DNA of 64,000 nucleotides from Alphaproteobacteria bacterium. GTDB taxonomy: Bacteria; Pseudomonadota; Alphaproteobacteria; Caulobacterales; Caulobacteraceae. How positions within the stretch are numbered: the stretch's first letter is position 1; the number at the start of each line of letters is the position of its first letter. Position numbers and translations under genes: made by a program. This document shows positions 1 through 9,461 of this stretch, in pieces. The stretch is taken from assembly GCA_025350685.1 (NCBI GenBank), contig JANXXK010000271.1, forward strand, positions 1,223 through 65,222. The letters run 5' to 3'. The notes under the pieces were generated by a model. The model made no database searches. It was not told the DNA's origin and was given only the letters and a program-made list of their open reading frames with translations.

Positions 1-469
1 AGGCGCCCCGCGCCCCGGCGCGGAAAAACCCGGCGAAGGCGCGGCAGAACCGCTGTACCGTGGCGTCGACCTCCACTAGGCCGCCGGGATCGCACAGCAC
101 CAGAGCGGCGACCTCGTCGCGTGAGGCATGAATGATCGCCGCCGCACCGCCGATGGAGTTGCCGAGCAGGATTGGGCGACGAACGCCGAGCTCTTTGAGG
201 AGCCCGCCCAACAGGTCGGCATAGCGCACCGCGCTGGCCGGTTCGTGGTCGGGGCCCGAGCGACCCTGGCCCGGCCAGTCGACGGCGATCACTTCGAAGC
301 GCGGGCTCATGGCCTGCGCGAACGCCTCGAAGTCGCGGCCCCCGTGGCCGGTGGCGTGCAGACAGACCACCGGCGGCCCGACGCCCTGGCGCGAGACAGC
401 GATCTGCACGCCGTCGACCTCGATCAGGGGCGAGCCTTCCGGCACGCCCAGTTCCGTCAACCTACTCAC
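1..469 (-). CDS. Alpha/beta-fold hydrolase (partial; 3' end runs off the window)
   Basis: Translated by hand from GTG at 469 (GAGG RBS upstream): MSRLTELGVPEGSPLIEVDGVQIAVSRQGVGPPVVCLHATGHGG...VIAVDWPGQGRS...LLGNSIGGAAA. Nucleophile elbow G-N-S-I-G present. Absent from the ORF track because it has no stop in the window. Confidence 0.85.
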   Translation of the reverse strand, partial: MSRLTELGVPEGSPLIEVDGVQIAVSRQGVGPPVVCLHATGHGGRDFEAFAQAMSPRFEVIAVDWPGQGRSGPDHEPASAVRYADLLGGLLKELGVRRPILLGNSIGGAAAIIHASRDEVAALVLCDPGGLVEVDATVQRFCRAFAGFFRAGARGA

Positions 470-482
470 GTCCAGCCTCAGT

Positions 483-516
483 GTGATTAGCCTATCACCT
501 GTGATTTGGATATCAC
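483..516. promoter_or_regulatory. Tandem palindromic operators GTGAT-N6-ATCAC (483-498, 501-516), probable TetR sites
   Basis: gtgat-tagcct-atcac and gtgat-ttggat-atcac in the short divergent gap between the hydrolase and tetR. Confidence 0.75.
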
Positions 517-523
517 CTGAAGG

Positions 524-1087
524 ATGTCAGGACGACCTGATTCCATGGCCGGGTTCTCGACGGCCGAGAAGCTGGTCGCCGCGGCCATGGCCGAGTTCAA
601 TGAGCATGGCTTCGGCGGCACTGACAGCAACCGGATCGCGCGCCGCGCGGGCTTCGCGCCGCAGACCTTCTATCGGTGGTTCAAAGGCAAGACGGAGATC
701 TTCGTCGCCGCCTATCGGGCCTGGGAGGACGCCGAGCGCGCCGACGTGGGCGCGCTGCTCTCGCGAGACGCGCCGGTGGAGGCGGTGGTTGAGGCCGGCG
801 TCGACCACCACCGCCGGTTCCTGAAGTTCCGGCGCAGCCTGCGGCAGCTGGCGCTGGAGGACCGCGTGGTCCGCGCCGCCCGCGCCGCGAGCCGGCTGCG
901 CCAAGTCGAGCAAATCAGGGTCTGGACGAACCGGCCGCAGGCCGACGACGAGGGGCTCGCGGTCAAGCTGCTGTTGCTGGAGCGGCTGACCGACGCCATC
1001 GCCGAGGGTGAGCTGGCCGACATGGGGGTGACCGAAGCCAGCGCCCGGGCCGAGCTCGCCGGCATCATCGACGGGCTGAGAGGCTAG
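524..1087 (+). CDS. TetR/AcrR family transcriptional regulator (start may be 545)
   Basis: N-terminal HTH: KLVAAAMAEFNEHGFGGTDSNRIARRAGFAPQTFYRWFKGK. Confidence 0.9.
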   Translation: MSGRPDSMAGFSTAEKLVAAAMAEFNEHGFGGTDSNRIARRAGFAPQTFYRWFKGKTEIFVAAYRAWEDAERADVGALLSRDAPVEAVVEAGVDHHRRFLKFRRSLRQLALEDRVVRAARAASRLRQVEQIRVWTNRPQADDEGLAVKLLLLERLTDAIAEGELADMGVTEASARAELAGIIDGLRG

Positions 1088-1107
1088 ACGACTGAGAGGC
1101 TAGACGA
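1076..1107. repeat. 16-bp direct tandem duplication ctgagaggctagacga x2
   Basis: Copies at 1076-1091 and 1092-1107; the first holds the tetR TAG, the second the doxX TAG on the minus strand. Confidence 0.85.
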
Positions 1108-1462
1108 CCGGGGCGCGGCCATAGAGCGAGGCCAGAGCGAACAGCCCGCCGGCGATGGCCAGGTCCTTCACGAACTGGGTGCGCTCGACCTTGTCGCCAA
1201 AGTCGAAGTGGAAGACGAAGGCGGTCATCAGGCAGAAGACCCCCAGCGCCAGGGCCGCCCAGCGCGCCTGCCAGCCGATCAGCACCAGGGCGCCCGCGCC
1301 GATCTCCAGCGCGATCACCGCCGGCAGCACGAAGCCCGGCACGCGATGCTCGGCCATGTGGTCGAGGAACGGCTTGGGCCCGGTGATCTTGGTGATCCCC
1401 GCCGAGACGAACAGGAAGGCGATCAGCGCCCGCCCGAGGAAGTTCAGCGCGGTCCAGGCCAT
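1100..1462 (-). CDS. DoxX family membrane protein
   Basis: 120 aa with 4 hydrophobic segments; LGRALIAFLFVSAGITKI, ALEIGAGALVLIGWQARWAA, KDLAIAGGL are typical DoxX motifs. Confidence 0.85.
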   Translation of the reverse strand: MAWTALNFLGRALIAFLFVSAGITKITGPKPFLDHMAEHRVPGFVLPAVIALEIGAGALVLIGWQARWAALALGVFCLMTAFVFHFDFGDKVERTQFVKDLAIAGGLFALASLYGRAPVV

Positions 1463-1486
1463 CCCGACGTCTCCTTGGCCGATGTG

Positions 1487-1502
1487 GTGATATATCTATC
1501 AC
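1487..1502. promoter_or_regulatory. Third GTGAT-N6-ATCAC operator, in the doxX/lysE divergent promoter
   Basis: gtgat-atatct-atcac; minus-strand TTGACG -35 element at 1514-1519 puts the doxX -10 region inside the operator. Confidence 0.7.
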
Positions 1503-1538
1503 TCCCATTCCGCCGTCAAGCTCGGCAGAATGGGAGGC

Positions 1539-2162
1539 ATGTCGTTCGCCGCCTGGCTCGCCTTCGTGGTCGCCGCCGCCGTCATGGGGTTGATCCCCGG
1601 GCCGGGTGTGACCAGCATCGTCGGCTACGCGCTCAGCTCAGGACGGCGCACGGCGCTGGCTTCGGTGGCCGGGATGGCGCTGGGCAATGGGCTGTGCATG
1701 AGCGTATCGCTGGCCGGCGCCGGCGCGGTGCTGGCGGCTTCGGCCACGGCGTTCACGCTGCTGAAGTGGGCCGGTGCGCTCTACCTGATCGGCCTGGGTG
1801 CGGTCACCATCGCGCGCAGTCGGCAGGGGCTAGAGGCGGCGGCGGACCTCAAGTCCATCGCGCCCCGCACGGCCTTCCTCGGCAACCTGGCGATCGGGAC
1901 CTTCCACCCGAAGACCATCGTCTTCTTCGTGGCCTTCGTGCCGCAATTCATTCGACCATCGTCGAACTATGTTCTGCAAGCCGCCCTCCTGATCGTCACC
2001 TTCACCCTGGTGGTCGGCCTGACCGACACCGCCTATGCGCTGGCCGCGTCGCGGGCGGCCGGCGTGCTGCGCAGCCCGCTCGCCCGGCTGTGGTCGAGAC
2101 GGGCCGGCGGCGGGGTGCTGATCGCGGCGGGCGTCGCCACGGCGGCCGCGTCGCGCAGTTAA
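1539..2162 (+). CDS. LysE/RhtB family amino-acid translocator
   Basis: IPGPGVTSIV, LKWAGALYL, HPKTIVFFVAFVPQF motifs; GGAGG RBS before ATG 1539. Confidence 0.9.
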   Translation: MSFAAWLAFVVAAAVMGLIPGPGVTSIVGYALSSGRRTALASVAGMALGNGLCMSVSLAGAGAVLAASATAFTLLKWAGALYLIGLGAVTIARSRQGLEAAADLKSIAPRTAFLGNLAIGTFHPKTIVFFVAFVPQFIRPSSNYVLQAALLIVTFTLVVGLTDTAYALAASRAAGVLRSPLARLWSRRAGGGVLIAAGVATAAASRS

Positions 2163-2821
2163 CCCACCGTTCGCGCGCCGAAGATCGCCGAGCCGACGCG
2201 GACGCTGGTGGCGCCGAAGGCGATGGCGGTCTCGAAGTCGTCGCTCATGCCCATGGAGAGCTTCGCCAGGCCGTTGCGCGCGGCGATCTTGGCCAGCAGC
2301 GCGAAGTGCGGGCCGGCGGGCTCGTCCACCGGCGGGATGCACATCAGTCCCTCGGGCTCCAGGCCATAGGTCTTGCGGCAGGCGGCGATGAAGGCGTCGG
2401 CGTCGGCGGGAATCGTCCCGGCCTTCTGCGGCTCCTCGCCGGTGTTGACCTGGACGTAGGTGCGCAGGCGCAGACCCTGCCGCTGCACCTGGTCGGCCAG
2501 GACGCGGGCCAGTTTGTCGCGGTCGAGGGTCTCGATGACGTCGAAGAAAGCCACGGCGTCGGCGGCCTTGTTGGTCTGCAGCGGCCCGATCAGGCGCAGT
2601 TCGATGTCGGCGCGGCGCTCGGTCCAGCGCTCCTGCGCCTCCTGCACGCGGTTCTCGCCGAACACCTTGTGGTGGGCCGCGAGGACGGGGGCGATGCCTT
2701 CCCAGGGCTGCAGTTTGGAGACCGCCACCAGGGTCACGTCGCCGACGGGGCGTCCGGCGGCTTGCGTCGCGCGGGCGATCCGGGCCACGACATCTGCATA
2801 GGCGGCTGGAGGCGTGGCCAT
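2159..2821 (-). CDS. yggS: YggS/PROSC PLP-binding protein
   Basis: LVAVSK, FGENRVQEA, IGPLQTNK, LSMGMSDDFETAIAFGATSVRVGSAIFG; start placed at MATPPAAY (2821). Confidence 0.95.
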   Translation of the reverse strand: MATPPAAYADVVARIARATQAAGRPVGDVTLVAVSKLQPWEGIAPVLAAHHKVFGENRVQEAQERWTERRADIELRLIGPLQTNKAADAVAFFDVIETLDRDKLARVLADQVQRQGLRLRTYVQVNTGEEPQKAGTIPADADAFIAACRKTYGLEPEGLMCIPPVDEPAGPHFALLAKIAARNGLAKLSMGMSDDFETAIAFGATSVRVGSAIFGARTVG

Positions 2822-3449
2822 CTCTGACGGGTTCTGGACCTTGGCGAAGACTGCCGCGTACCTAAGCCGCCGCGCGCCCATGCGAAAGAGGGGCGCACGG
2901 AAGGGCCTGCCGTCGCTGCTGTTCTTCACCGACCCGGTCCGCACCCCCGATCCGGAGGCGGTCGCCGGGCGACTACCGCGCGGCGCGGCTATCGTCTATC
3001 GCACCTTCGGGGCGGCGGACGCGGGAGCGCAGGGGCGGCGGCTGATGGCCATCGCCCGGCGCCGCGGCCTGAAGCTGCTGATCGGAGCCGACGCGGACCT
3101 GGCCCGGCGGCTGGGCGCGGACGGCGTCCACCTGCCCGAGCGGCTGGCGGATCGGGCGCGGCGGCTGAGGGCCATCCATCCGCACTGGATCGTCACGGCG
3201 GCCGCCCATTCGCCGGGCGCGGCGCATCGCGGCCTGTCCGCTGGCGCCGATGCGGTGGTGATCTCGGTGGTGTTCGCCAGCGGCAGCGCCTCAGCCGGCG
3301 CGCCGATGGGTCCGGCGCGCCTGGCGCGCCTGGTCCGTGGCCTGGGCGGCCCGGCCTACGGCCTGGGCGGGATCACCAACAAAACGGCCCGCCGTCTTTT
3401 GGACGCGGGCCTGGTGGGTCTGGCGGCGGTGGAGGGGCTTAGAACTTGA
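2814..3449 (+). CDS. Thiamine-phosphate synthase (ThiE/TenI)-like protein; start uncertain
   Basis: GADGVHLPE, AAAHS, SASAGAPMG, AYGLGGIT, GLAAV TIM-barrel motifs; divergent from yggS as in other alphaproteobacteria. Confidence 0.8.
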   Translation: MAISDGFWTLAKTAAYLSRRAPMRKRGARKGLPSLLFFTDPVRTPDPEAVAGRLPRGAAIVYRTFGAADAGAQGRRLMAIARRRGLKLLIGADADLARRLGADGVHLPERLADRARRLRAIHPHWIVTAAAHSPGAAHRGLSAGADAVVISVVFASGSASAGAPMGPARLARLVRGLGGPAYGLGGITNKTARRLLDAGLVGLAAVEGLRT

Positions 3450-3819
3450 ATTTGGCGTCCAGCTGAACGCGGGGCTGGCCGCCCTCGGGAACCGACGGCT
3501 TGGGACCGGGCAGCGGCTGCTGATCGCCGAGCGCGAAAGCGCCGCCGACGCGCAGCGATGGCGTGATGCGATAGTAGGCGCCGGCTTGGATGTCGTTGAG
3601 GTTGCCGGGCCGGGTGTCCGGCTGCTGCAGATTGAGGATCACGCCCCAGCGACCCTTTGCCGCGTCCCACTTCTGAGTGGTGGCGGTGATCGGCGAGGCT
3701 TCGGTGCGAACCGTGAAGTCCAGCGGCTTGGATCTGGCGTCAGCCGCCTGCACAGACGTCGCGCCCGCCCCGAGAAGGGCGGCCGTGGCGACCAGCAATG
3801 CGAAGCGGCGAACGGACAT
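3439..3819 (-). CDS. ntrZ: NtrZ-like periplasmic protein
   Basis: Signal peptide; KPLDFTVR...KWDAAKGRWG...QAGAYYRITPSLRVGGAFALG...FKF matches my recollection of Caulobacter NtrZ and its position near leuS. Confidence 0.7.
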   Translation of the reverse strand: MSVRRFALLVATAALLGAGATSVQAADARSKPLDFTVRTEASPITATTQKWDAAKGRWGVILNLQQPDTRPGNLNDIQAGAYYRITPSLRVGGAFALGDQQPLPGPKPSVPEGGQPRVQLDAKFKF

Positions 3820-3883
3820 TCCCAACATATAGTCCCTGCGGCCCGCATTTGCGCGCCTGAAGCAACCCTTCTAGCGGGTTGCG

Positions 3884-3898
3884 GTAAAGGTCGATTAA
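3884..3898. promoter_or_regulatory. CtrA-like box GTAA-N7-TTAA (1 mismatch)
   Basis: gtaa-aggtcga-ttaa between the divergent ntrZ and DUF3576 genes. Confidence 0.4.
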
Positions 3899-4093
3899 AG
3901 ACGGGGTCACCTTGACGTCAACCGACTACGCCTCTCGCGAGAGGTTAACCCCGCAATATGCGGCGTGCCTGTGGCGGCGCGGCCACGCGATTCCTGTTTG
4001 GCGAGTGCGACAGCGTTGTTATAGAGGGCCGGGCGCAGGGCGGCGCCGTGGCGCCTGGTCGGGCGCGGCGGAAATCATTGGAGACGGATACAT

Positions 4094-4585
4094 ATGCCGT
4101 TTGTTCGCGGTTCCTGGATGCGTGGCGTAGCGATGAGCGCCTTGGCTGTTGCCCTGATGGGCGCGGCCGGCTGCTCGTCGGTGGGGTCTGCGGTCATGCA
4201 CCCATTCGGCGGCGGCAACGGCCCGAAGGCCGCCACCGCCCCCGACGGCTCGCCAACCAACATCGGCGTCAACGGCTATCTGTGGCGCGCGACGCTCGAC
4301 ACGCTCAGTTTCATGCCGCTGGCCTCGGCCGACCCCTACGGCGGCGTGGTGATCACCGACTGGTACGCCAATCCGGAAAAGCCGAACGAGCGCTTCAAGT
4401 GCACGGTCTACATCCTGGACGCGCGCCTGCGCGCCGACGGGCTGAACGTGGCGGTGTTCAAGCAGAACAAGGACGCGTCCGGCGCCTGGGTGGACGCGCC
4501 CTCGGCTTCGCAGACCGAGACCGAGATCGAGAACGCCATCCTGGACCGCGCGCGCAAGCTTCGACTTTCGAACCTCAAGGGCTGA
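4094..4585 (+). CDS. DUF3576 family lipoprotein
   Basis: Lipobox AAGC; GVNGYLWRATLDTLSFMPLASADPYGGVVITDWY; ILDRARKLR. Confidence 0.85.
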   Translation: MPFVRGSWMRGVAMSALAVALMGAAGCSSVGSAVMHPFGGGNGPKAATAPDGSPTNIGVNGYLWRATLDTLSFMPLASADPYGGVVITDWYANPEKPNERFKCTVYILDARLRADGLNVAVFKQNKDASGAWVDAPSASQTETEIENAILDRARKLRLSNLKG

Positions 4586-4673
4586 TCCGCCCCAAGATCG
4601 TTCGATTGTCGGCGCGCTTCCCTGCAGGGGCCCGTTGACCGGAGGTCCCACTCCAGTCCAAAGCCTCTGACCT

Positions 4674-7268
4674 ATGGCCCGCTACAACCCCAAAGAGACC
4701 GAGCCAAAGTGGCGCAAGGCGTGGGCTGACGCCGACGCCTTCCGCGCGGTGATGGAGCCCGGCAAGCCCAAATACTATGTGCTGGAGATGTTCCCCTATC
4801 CATCGGGGCGCCTGCACATGGGCCATGTGCGCAACTACGCCCTGGGCGACGTCATCGCCCGCTTCAAGCGCGCCCGCGGCTTTTCGGTGCTGCACCCCAT
4901 GGGCTGGGACGCCTTCGGCCTGCCCGCCGAGAATGCCGCCATGGAGCGCGGCGTCGACCCCAAGGCCTGGACCTACGAGAACATCGCCCGGATGCGCGCC
5001 GAGCTGAAGGAGCTGGGCCTCAGCATCGACTGGTCCCGCGAATTCGCCACCTGCGACCTGTCCTACTATTCCAAGCAGCAGGCGCTGTTCCTCGACCTCT
5101 ACGAACGCGGCCTGGTCTACCGCAAGGAAGGCATCGTCAACTGGGACCCGGTGGACCAGACGGTGCTGGCCAACGAGCAGGTCGAGGACGGCCGCGGCTG
5201 GCGAAGCGGCGCGATCGTCGAGAAACGCAAGCTGAACCAGTGGTTCATGCGGATCACCGACTACGCCGACCAGCTGACCGACGACCTGGCGAGCCTCGAC
5301 CGCTGGCCCGAGAAGGTCCGGGTGATGCAGGAGAACTGGATCGGCCGCTCCAGGGGGCTGAAGTTCTCGTTCGACTTTGCCCCAGCCGCACCGAAGGGTT
5401 TCGAGGCCGGGCTGGAGGTCTACACCACCCGGCCGGACACGCTGTACGGCGCGAGCTTCGTCGGCATCGCGGCCGACCATCCCTTGGCCGAGCAAGTGGC
5501 GCTCAAGGACCCTCGGGCGGCCGCCTTCATCGCCGAGTGCAAGACGGGCGGGGCCAGCCAGGCGGAGATCGACACCGCCGAAAAGATCGGCTTCGACACC
5601 GGCCTGAAGGTGACCCACCCCTTCGATCCGAGCTGGGAGCTGCCGGTCTGGATCGCCAACTTCATCCTGATGGACTACGGCACGGGCGCGATCTTCGCCT
5701 GCCCGGCGCATGACCAGCGCGACCTGGACTTCTCGCGCAAATACAAGTTGCCGGTGAAGCCGGTGGTGCTGCCGCCCGGCGAGGACGCGGCCACCTTCGA
5801 CGTCGGCGACGAGGCCTATGTCGGCCCGGGTGTGATCTACAATTCCGACTTCCTGGACGGCCTGGACATCGAGGCCGCCAAGGCCGCGGCGATCGGCCGG
5901 ATCGAGGCCCAGAACCAGGGCGAGGGCGCCACCGTCTATCGGCTGCGTGACTGGGGGGTGGCCCGCCAGCGCGCCTGGGGCTGTCCGATCCCGGTCGTGC
6001 ATTGCGAGACGGACGGCGTCGTGCCGTTGCCCAAATCGGCCCTGCCGGTGGCGCTGCCCGACGACCTGGAGTTCGGCAAGCCTGGCAATGCGCTCGCCCG
6101 CCACCCGAGCTGGAAGCACACCACCTGTCCCCAGTGCGGCGGGGCGGCGACGCGGGAGGTCGACACCCTCGACACCTTCGTCGACTCCTCCTGGTACTTC
6201 GCGCGGTTCACCGACACTGAGGCGGCCCAGCCGATCGACAAGACGGCGGCCGACTACTGGCTGCCGGTCGACCAGTACATCGGCGGCGTCGAGCACGCGG
6301 TGCTGCACCTGCTCTATGCGCGGTTCGTCACCAAGGCCCTGGCCGACGACGGGCAGCTCCGTGTCCGCGAACCGTTCGCCGGCCTGTTCACCCAGGGCAT
6401 GGTCACCCACGAGACCTATCGGCGCCAAAGCGGCGAATGGCTGGAGCCGCACGAGGTCGAGGTGATCGTCGAGGGCGCCGCGCGGCGGGCGCGCCTGCTG
6501 GACAACGGCGCGGACGTGGTGATCGGCGACGTCGAGAAGATGTCGAAGTCCAAGAAGAACACCGTGGCGCCGGAGGAGATCTTCGACGTCTATGGCGTCG
6601 ACGCCGCGCGGCTGTTCGTGCTGAGCGACAGCCCGCCGGAGCGCGACGCCATGTGGTCGAACGCCGGGGTCCAGGGCGCCTGGCGGTTCGTCAACCGGGT
6701 CTGGGAAGAGTTCGAGAGCCAGCCCGCCCCGAATACCGAAGAGGCGGCGAGCCGCGGCGGCGATGGCGAGGCGGCGACGGCCGTGCGCCGCGCGACGCAC
6801 AAGCTCGTCAAGCAGGTGACCGAGGCGATCGACAGCTTCCGGTTCAACTCCGGGATCGCGCGGCTCTACGAGTTCCTGAACCTCTTGAAGGCCAACCCAG
6901 CCAAGGGCGCCTCGCCGGCGTTGCTGGGCGCGCGGACCGAGGCGCTGTCAGCGTTCTCGCGACTGATCGCGCCGTTCACGCCGCATCTGGCGGAGGAATG
7001 CTGGGTCCGCGTCGGTGGCGAGGGACTGGTGGCCAATGCCCCCTGGCCGGGCTTCGATCCGGCGCTCACCGAAGACGCCGTGCGCGTGCTGCCGGTGCAG
7101 GTGAACGGCAAGCGGCGGGGCGAAATCTCGGCGCCCGCAGGGGCTTCGCCGGCCGATGTGGAAAAGATCGTGCTTGACGACCCGGAGATCGCGAGGCGCC
7201 TAGAGGGCCTGACCATCCGCAAGGTGATCGTCGTGCAGGATCGCATCGTCAACATCGTGGCCGCATGA
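4674..7268 (+). CDS. leuS: Leucine--tRNA ligase
   Basis: [17 protein letters not shown] (HIGH), KMSKSKKN (KMSKS); 864 aa. Confidence 0.99.
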   Translation: MARYNPKETEPKWRKAWADADAFRAVMEPGKPKYYVLEMFPYPSGRLHMGHVRNYALGDVIARFKRARGFSVLHPMGWDAFGLPAENAAMERGVDPKAWTYENIARMRAELKELGLSIDWSREFATCDLSYYSKQQALFLDLYERGLVYRKEGIVNWDPVDQTVLANEQVEDGRGWRSGAIVEKRKLNQWFMRITDYADQLTDDLASLDRWPEKVRVMQENWIGRSRGLKFSFDFAPAAPKGFEAGLEVYTTRPDTLYGASFVGIAADHPLAEQVALKDPRAAAFIAECKTGGASQAEIDTAEKIGFDTGLKVTHPFDPSWELPVWIANFILMDYGTGAIFACPAHDQRDLDFSRKYKLPVKPVVLPPGEDAATFDVGDEAYVGPGVIYNSDFLDGLDIEAAKAAAIGRIEAQNQGEGATVYRLRDWGVARQRAWGCPIPVVHCETDGVVPLPKSALPVALPDDLEFGKPGNALARHPSWKHTTCPQCGGAATREVDTLDTFVDSSWYFARFTDTEAAQPIDKTAADYWLPVDQYIGGVEHAVLHLLYARFVTKALADDGQLRVREPFAGLFTQGMVTHETYRRQSGEWLEPHEVEVIVEGAARRARLLDNGADVVIGDVEKMSKSKKNTVAPEEIFDVYGVDAARLFVLSDSPPERDAMWSNAGVQGAWRFVNRVWEEFESQPAPNTEEAASRGGDGEAATAVRRATHKLVKQVTEAIDSFRFNSGIARLYEFLNLLKANPAKGASPALLGARTEALSAFSRLIAPFTPHLAEECWVRVGGEGLVANAPWPGFDPALTEDAVRVLPVQVNGKRRGEISAPAGASPADVEKIVLDDPEIARRLEGLTIRKVIVVQDRIVNIVAA

Positions 7269-7795
7269 TGAAGGCTCTCCTCATCCTGGGCGCCGTCTGC
7301 GCCGCCAGCCTCGCGCTCGTCGGCTGCGGGTTCACGCCGCTCTATGCCGCGCCGGGCGTGGTCTCCGGCCTGGCCGCGATCGATGTGGTGGCGCCGCAGG
7401 GCCGCACCGGCTTCCTGCTCGGCCAGCACCTGAGCGACGCCTTCGCCAAGGGCGCGGGACCGGCGGCCTATCGCATGCAGCTGTCGCTGGCCGAGTCGCG
7501 GTTTCCGCGCGGCATTCGCACCGACAACGTCGCCACCCGCTACGAATATGTGCTGACCGCCGACTATGCCTTGGCGGCCCTGCCCTCCGGGCAGATCGCC
7601 AAGCGCGGCCGGGTGCGGGTGGAGCTGACCTACGATTCCGCCGACCAGCCTGACGCCTCCATCGCCGCCCAGCAGGACGCCGAGGACCGTGCCGCGCAGG
7701 AAGCGGCTCGGCGCATCCAGCTGGAGCTCTCCGCCTGGCTGGCCACGGGAGAGCCGAAAGCGCCCCCCGGCAAGAATCCGGCGAAGAAGGGCTAG
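7265..7795 (+). CDS. lptE: LPS assembly lipoprotein LptE
   Basis: Lipobox [11 protein letters not shown]; conserved leuS-lptE-holA order. Confidence 0.9.
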   Translation: MMKALLILGAVCAASLALVGCGFTPLYAAPGVVSGLAAIDVVAPQGRTGFLLGQHLSDAFAKGAGPAAYRMQLSLAESRFPRGIRTDNVATRYEYVLTADYALAALPSGQIAKRGRVRVELTYDSADQPDASIAAQQDAEDRAAQEAARRIQLELSAWLATGEPKAPPGKNPAKKG

Positions 7796-7799
7796 GACC

Positions 7800-8852
7800 G
7801 TGATCCTGGGCAAGCGCCCGGACATCGAGCGGTTCCTCAAGAGCCCCGACAGCCGGATCCGCGCCGCCCTGATCTATGGCCGCGACTTAGGTGTGGTGCG
7901 TGAGCGCGGCGCCGAGCTCGCCGGGCGGATCGCCAAGGACCCCAACGACCCCTTCGACGTTGCCCAGTTGACCGACGGCGACCTGGACGCCGACGCCGGA
8001 CGGCTGGAGGGCGAGCTGGCGGCGCAGTCGCTGATGGGCGGGCGCCGGCTGGTGCGCCTGCGCTTTTCGACCGAGAAGGCGGGCCTCGACAAGCTGGCCG
8101 CCGAGGCGCTGGTGCGCCACGCCGACGGCGAGCTGAACCCCGACGCCTTCCTGATCATCGAGGCGGGCGCGCTCGGCCGCGATTCCGCCCTGCGCAAGGC
8201 CGCCGAGAAGGCGGCCGGGGCCGCGGCCATCCCCTGCTACGAGGACGAGCCGGGCGACGTCGCCCGCCAGGTCCGCGAGGCCTTGGCCAAGGACAACCTG
8301 TCGCTGACCAGCGAGGCGCTGGCGGTGTTCGTGGCGCGGATGCCCAAGGAGCGCGGCGTGGCGCGCCAGGAGATGGAGCGGCTGGCGCTCTATCTCGGCC
8401 CGGGCAGCGGCGCCCAGGCGACGCCCGCCGACCTCGAACCCTTCCTCGGCGTCGAGCCCGAGGCCTCGCTGTTCGACGCCGCCTCCGACGCCTTCGGTGG
8501 CCGAATCGCCGACGCCCAGGCGGGTCTGCGCCGCGCCGCCCAGGAGGGCGAGGCCGGACCGGCGGCGGTGCGCGCCATGGGCATGCACCTGGGCAAGCTG
8601 CGCCGCACCCTGACCCTGGCCAAGGGCGGCGCCGGCCTGCAGGAGGCGGCCAAGGCCTCGGGCGTCTTCTGGAAGCAGGAGCGGGAATTCCTGCGCCAGG
8701 CCCGGTCGTGGACGCTGGAGGCGCTCGACCAGCTCCAGCCGGAAGTGCTGAACGCCGACCGCCTGTGCAAGACCGCCGGCTCGCCCGACAGCCTGATCGC
8801 CGAGCGGCTGGCCTTCACCGTCGCCGGACGGGCCCGGCGGCTTGGCCTCTGA
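7800..8852 (+). CDS. holA: DNA polymerase III subunit delta
   Basis: GTG start; ALIYGRD, SLMGGRRLVR, AIPCYED, RQEMERLALY; synteny. Confidence 0.95.
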   Translation: MILGKRPDIERFLKSPDSRIRAALIYGRDLGVVRERGAELAGRIAKDPNDPFDVAQLTDGDLDADAGRLEGELAAQSLMGGRRLVRLRFSTEKAGLDKLAAEALVRHADGELNPDAFLIIEAGALGRDSALRKAAEKAAGAAAIPCYEDEPGDVARQVREALAKDNLSLTSEALAVFVARMPKERGVARQEMERLALYLGPGSGAQATPADLEPFLGVEPEASLFDAASDAFGGRIADAQAGLRRAAQEGEAGPAAVRAMGMHLGKLRRTLTLAKGGAGLQEAAKASGVFWKQEREFLRQARSWTLEALDQLQPEVLNADRLCKTAGSPDSLIAERLAFTVAGRARRLGL

Positions 8853-8939
8853 TCCCGCCGACTTGACCCCGACCCATGAAGGCCGGGATACTTCGGAAAA
8901 TTAGTGGTCTGAGCTGACCGCAGGTTCTGGCGGCGAGGG

Positions 8940-9461
8940 CTAGTCCCGCACCCGCGAGTAGACGAAGCAGTCACTGGGGTCCTCGGCCGAGGAGTAGCCG
9001 GCCTTGCGCAGGATGCCTTCGCTGGCGTAGCCGCAGTTTTCGGCCAGGCGCGCCGAGGCGTCGTTCCAGGTCTCGATGATCAGCTGCAGCCGGTGGCATT
9101 CCGGGTGCTCGGCGAACAGCAGGTCGGAGAACAGTTTCAGCGCCTCGGAGGCGTAGCCTTTGCCGCGGTCGGCCTCGTCGTGGAGGATGTAGCCGATTTC
9201 CAGGCCGTGGATGCCGGGGCCAGCGCCGTAGAACTGCTGGGTGCCAATCAGCCGCTCCTTCTCGCCATTCCCGACGGTCTCGATGGCCACCGCGCCTGAC
9301 GTCTGCGTCCAGAAGCCGGTCCGGTCGTAGACCTCGCGGATGCGCTTGGGCTCGGTCAGCGGCTCGGTGATGGAGAGGGTGTAGATGTGCGGCGCACAGG
9401 CCTTCAGGTCGCGCACGCCGATGTTGCGCAGGCGCACGCGCTGGCCCTCAGCGAGGATCAT
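8940..9461 (-). CDS. GNAT (RimJ/RimL-type) N-acetyltransferase, coupled to parB
   Basis: LEIGYIL...DRGKGYASEALKL, NDASARLAENCGYASEGILRK; ATGA overlap with the parB stop. Confidence 0.9.
   Translation of the reverse strand: MILAEGQRVRLRNIGVRDLKACAPHIYTLSITEPLTEPKRIREVYDRTGFWTQTSGAVAIETVGNGEKERLIGTQQFYGAGPGIHGLEIGYILHDEADRGKGYASEALKLFSDLLFAEHPECHRLQLIIETWNDASARLAENCGYASEGILRKAGYSSAEDPSDCFVYSRVRD

Noticed and set aside
4575-6800. Long alternative-frame and antisense ORFs (741 aa here; also 39053-41770, 11355-13100, 61874-63826 and others)
   Set aside because: Shadows of real genes, expected in roughly 70% GC DNA with biased third positions; Arg/Gly/Pro-rich with no recognisable motifs.
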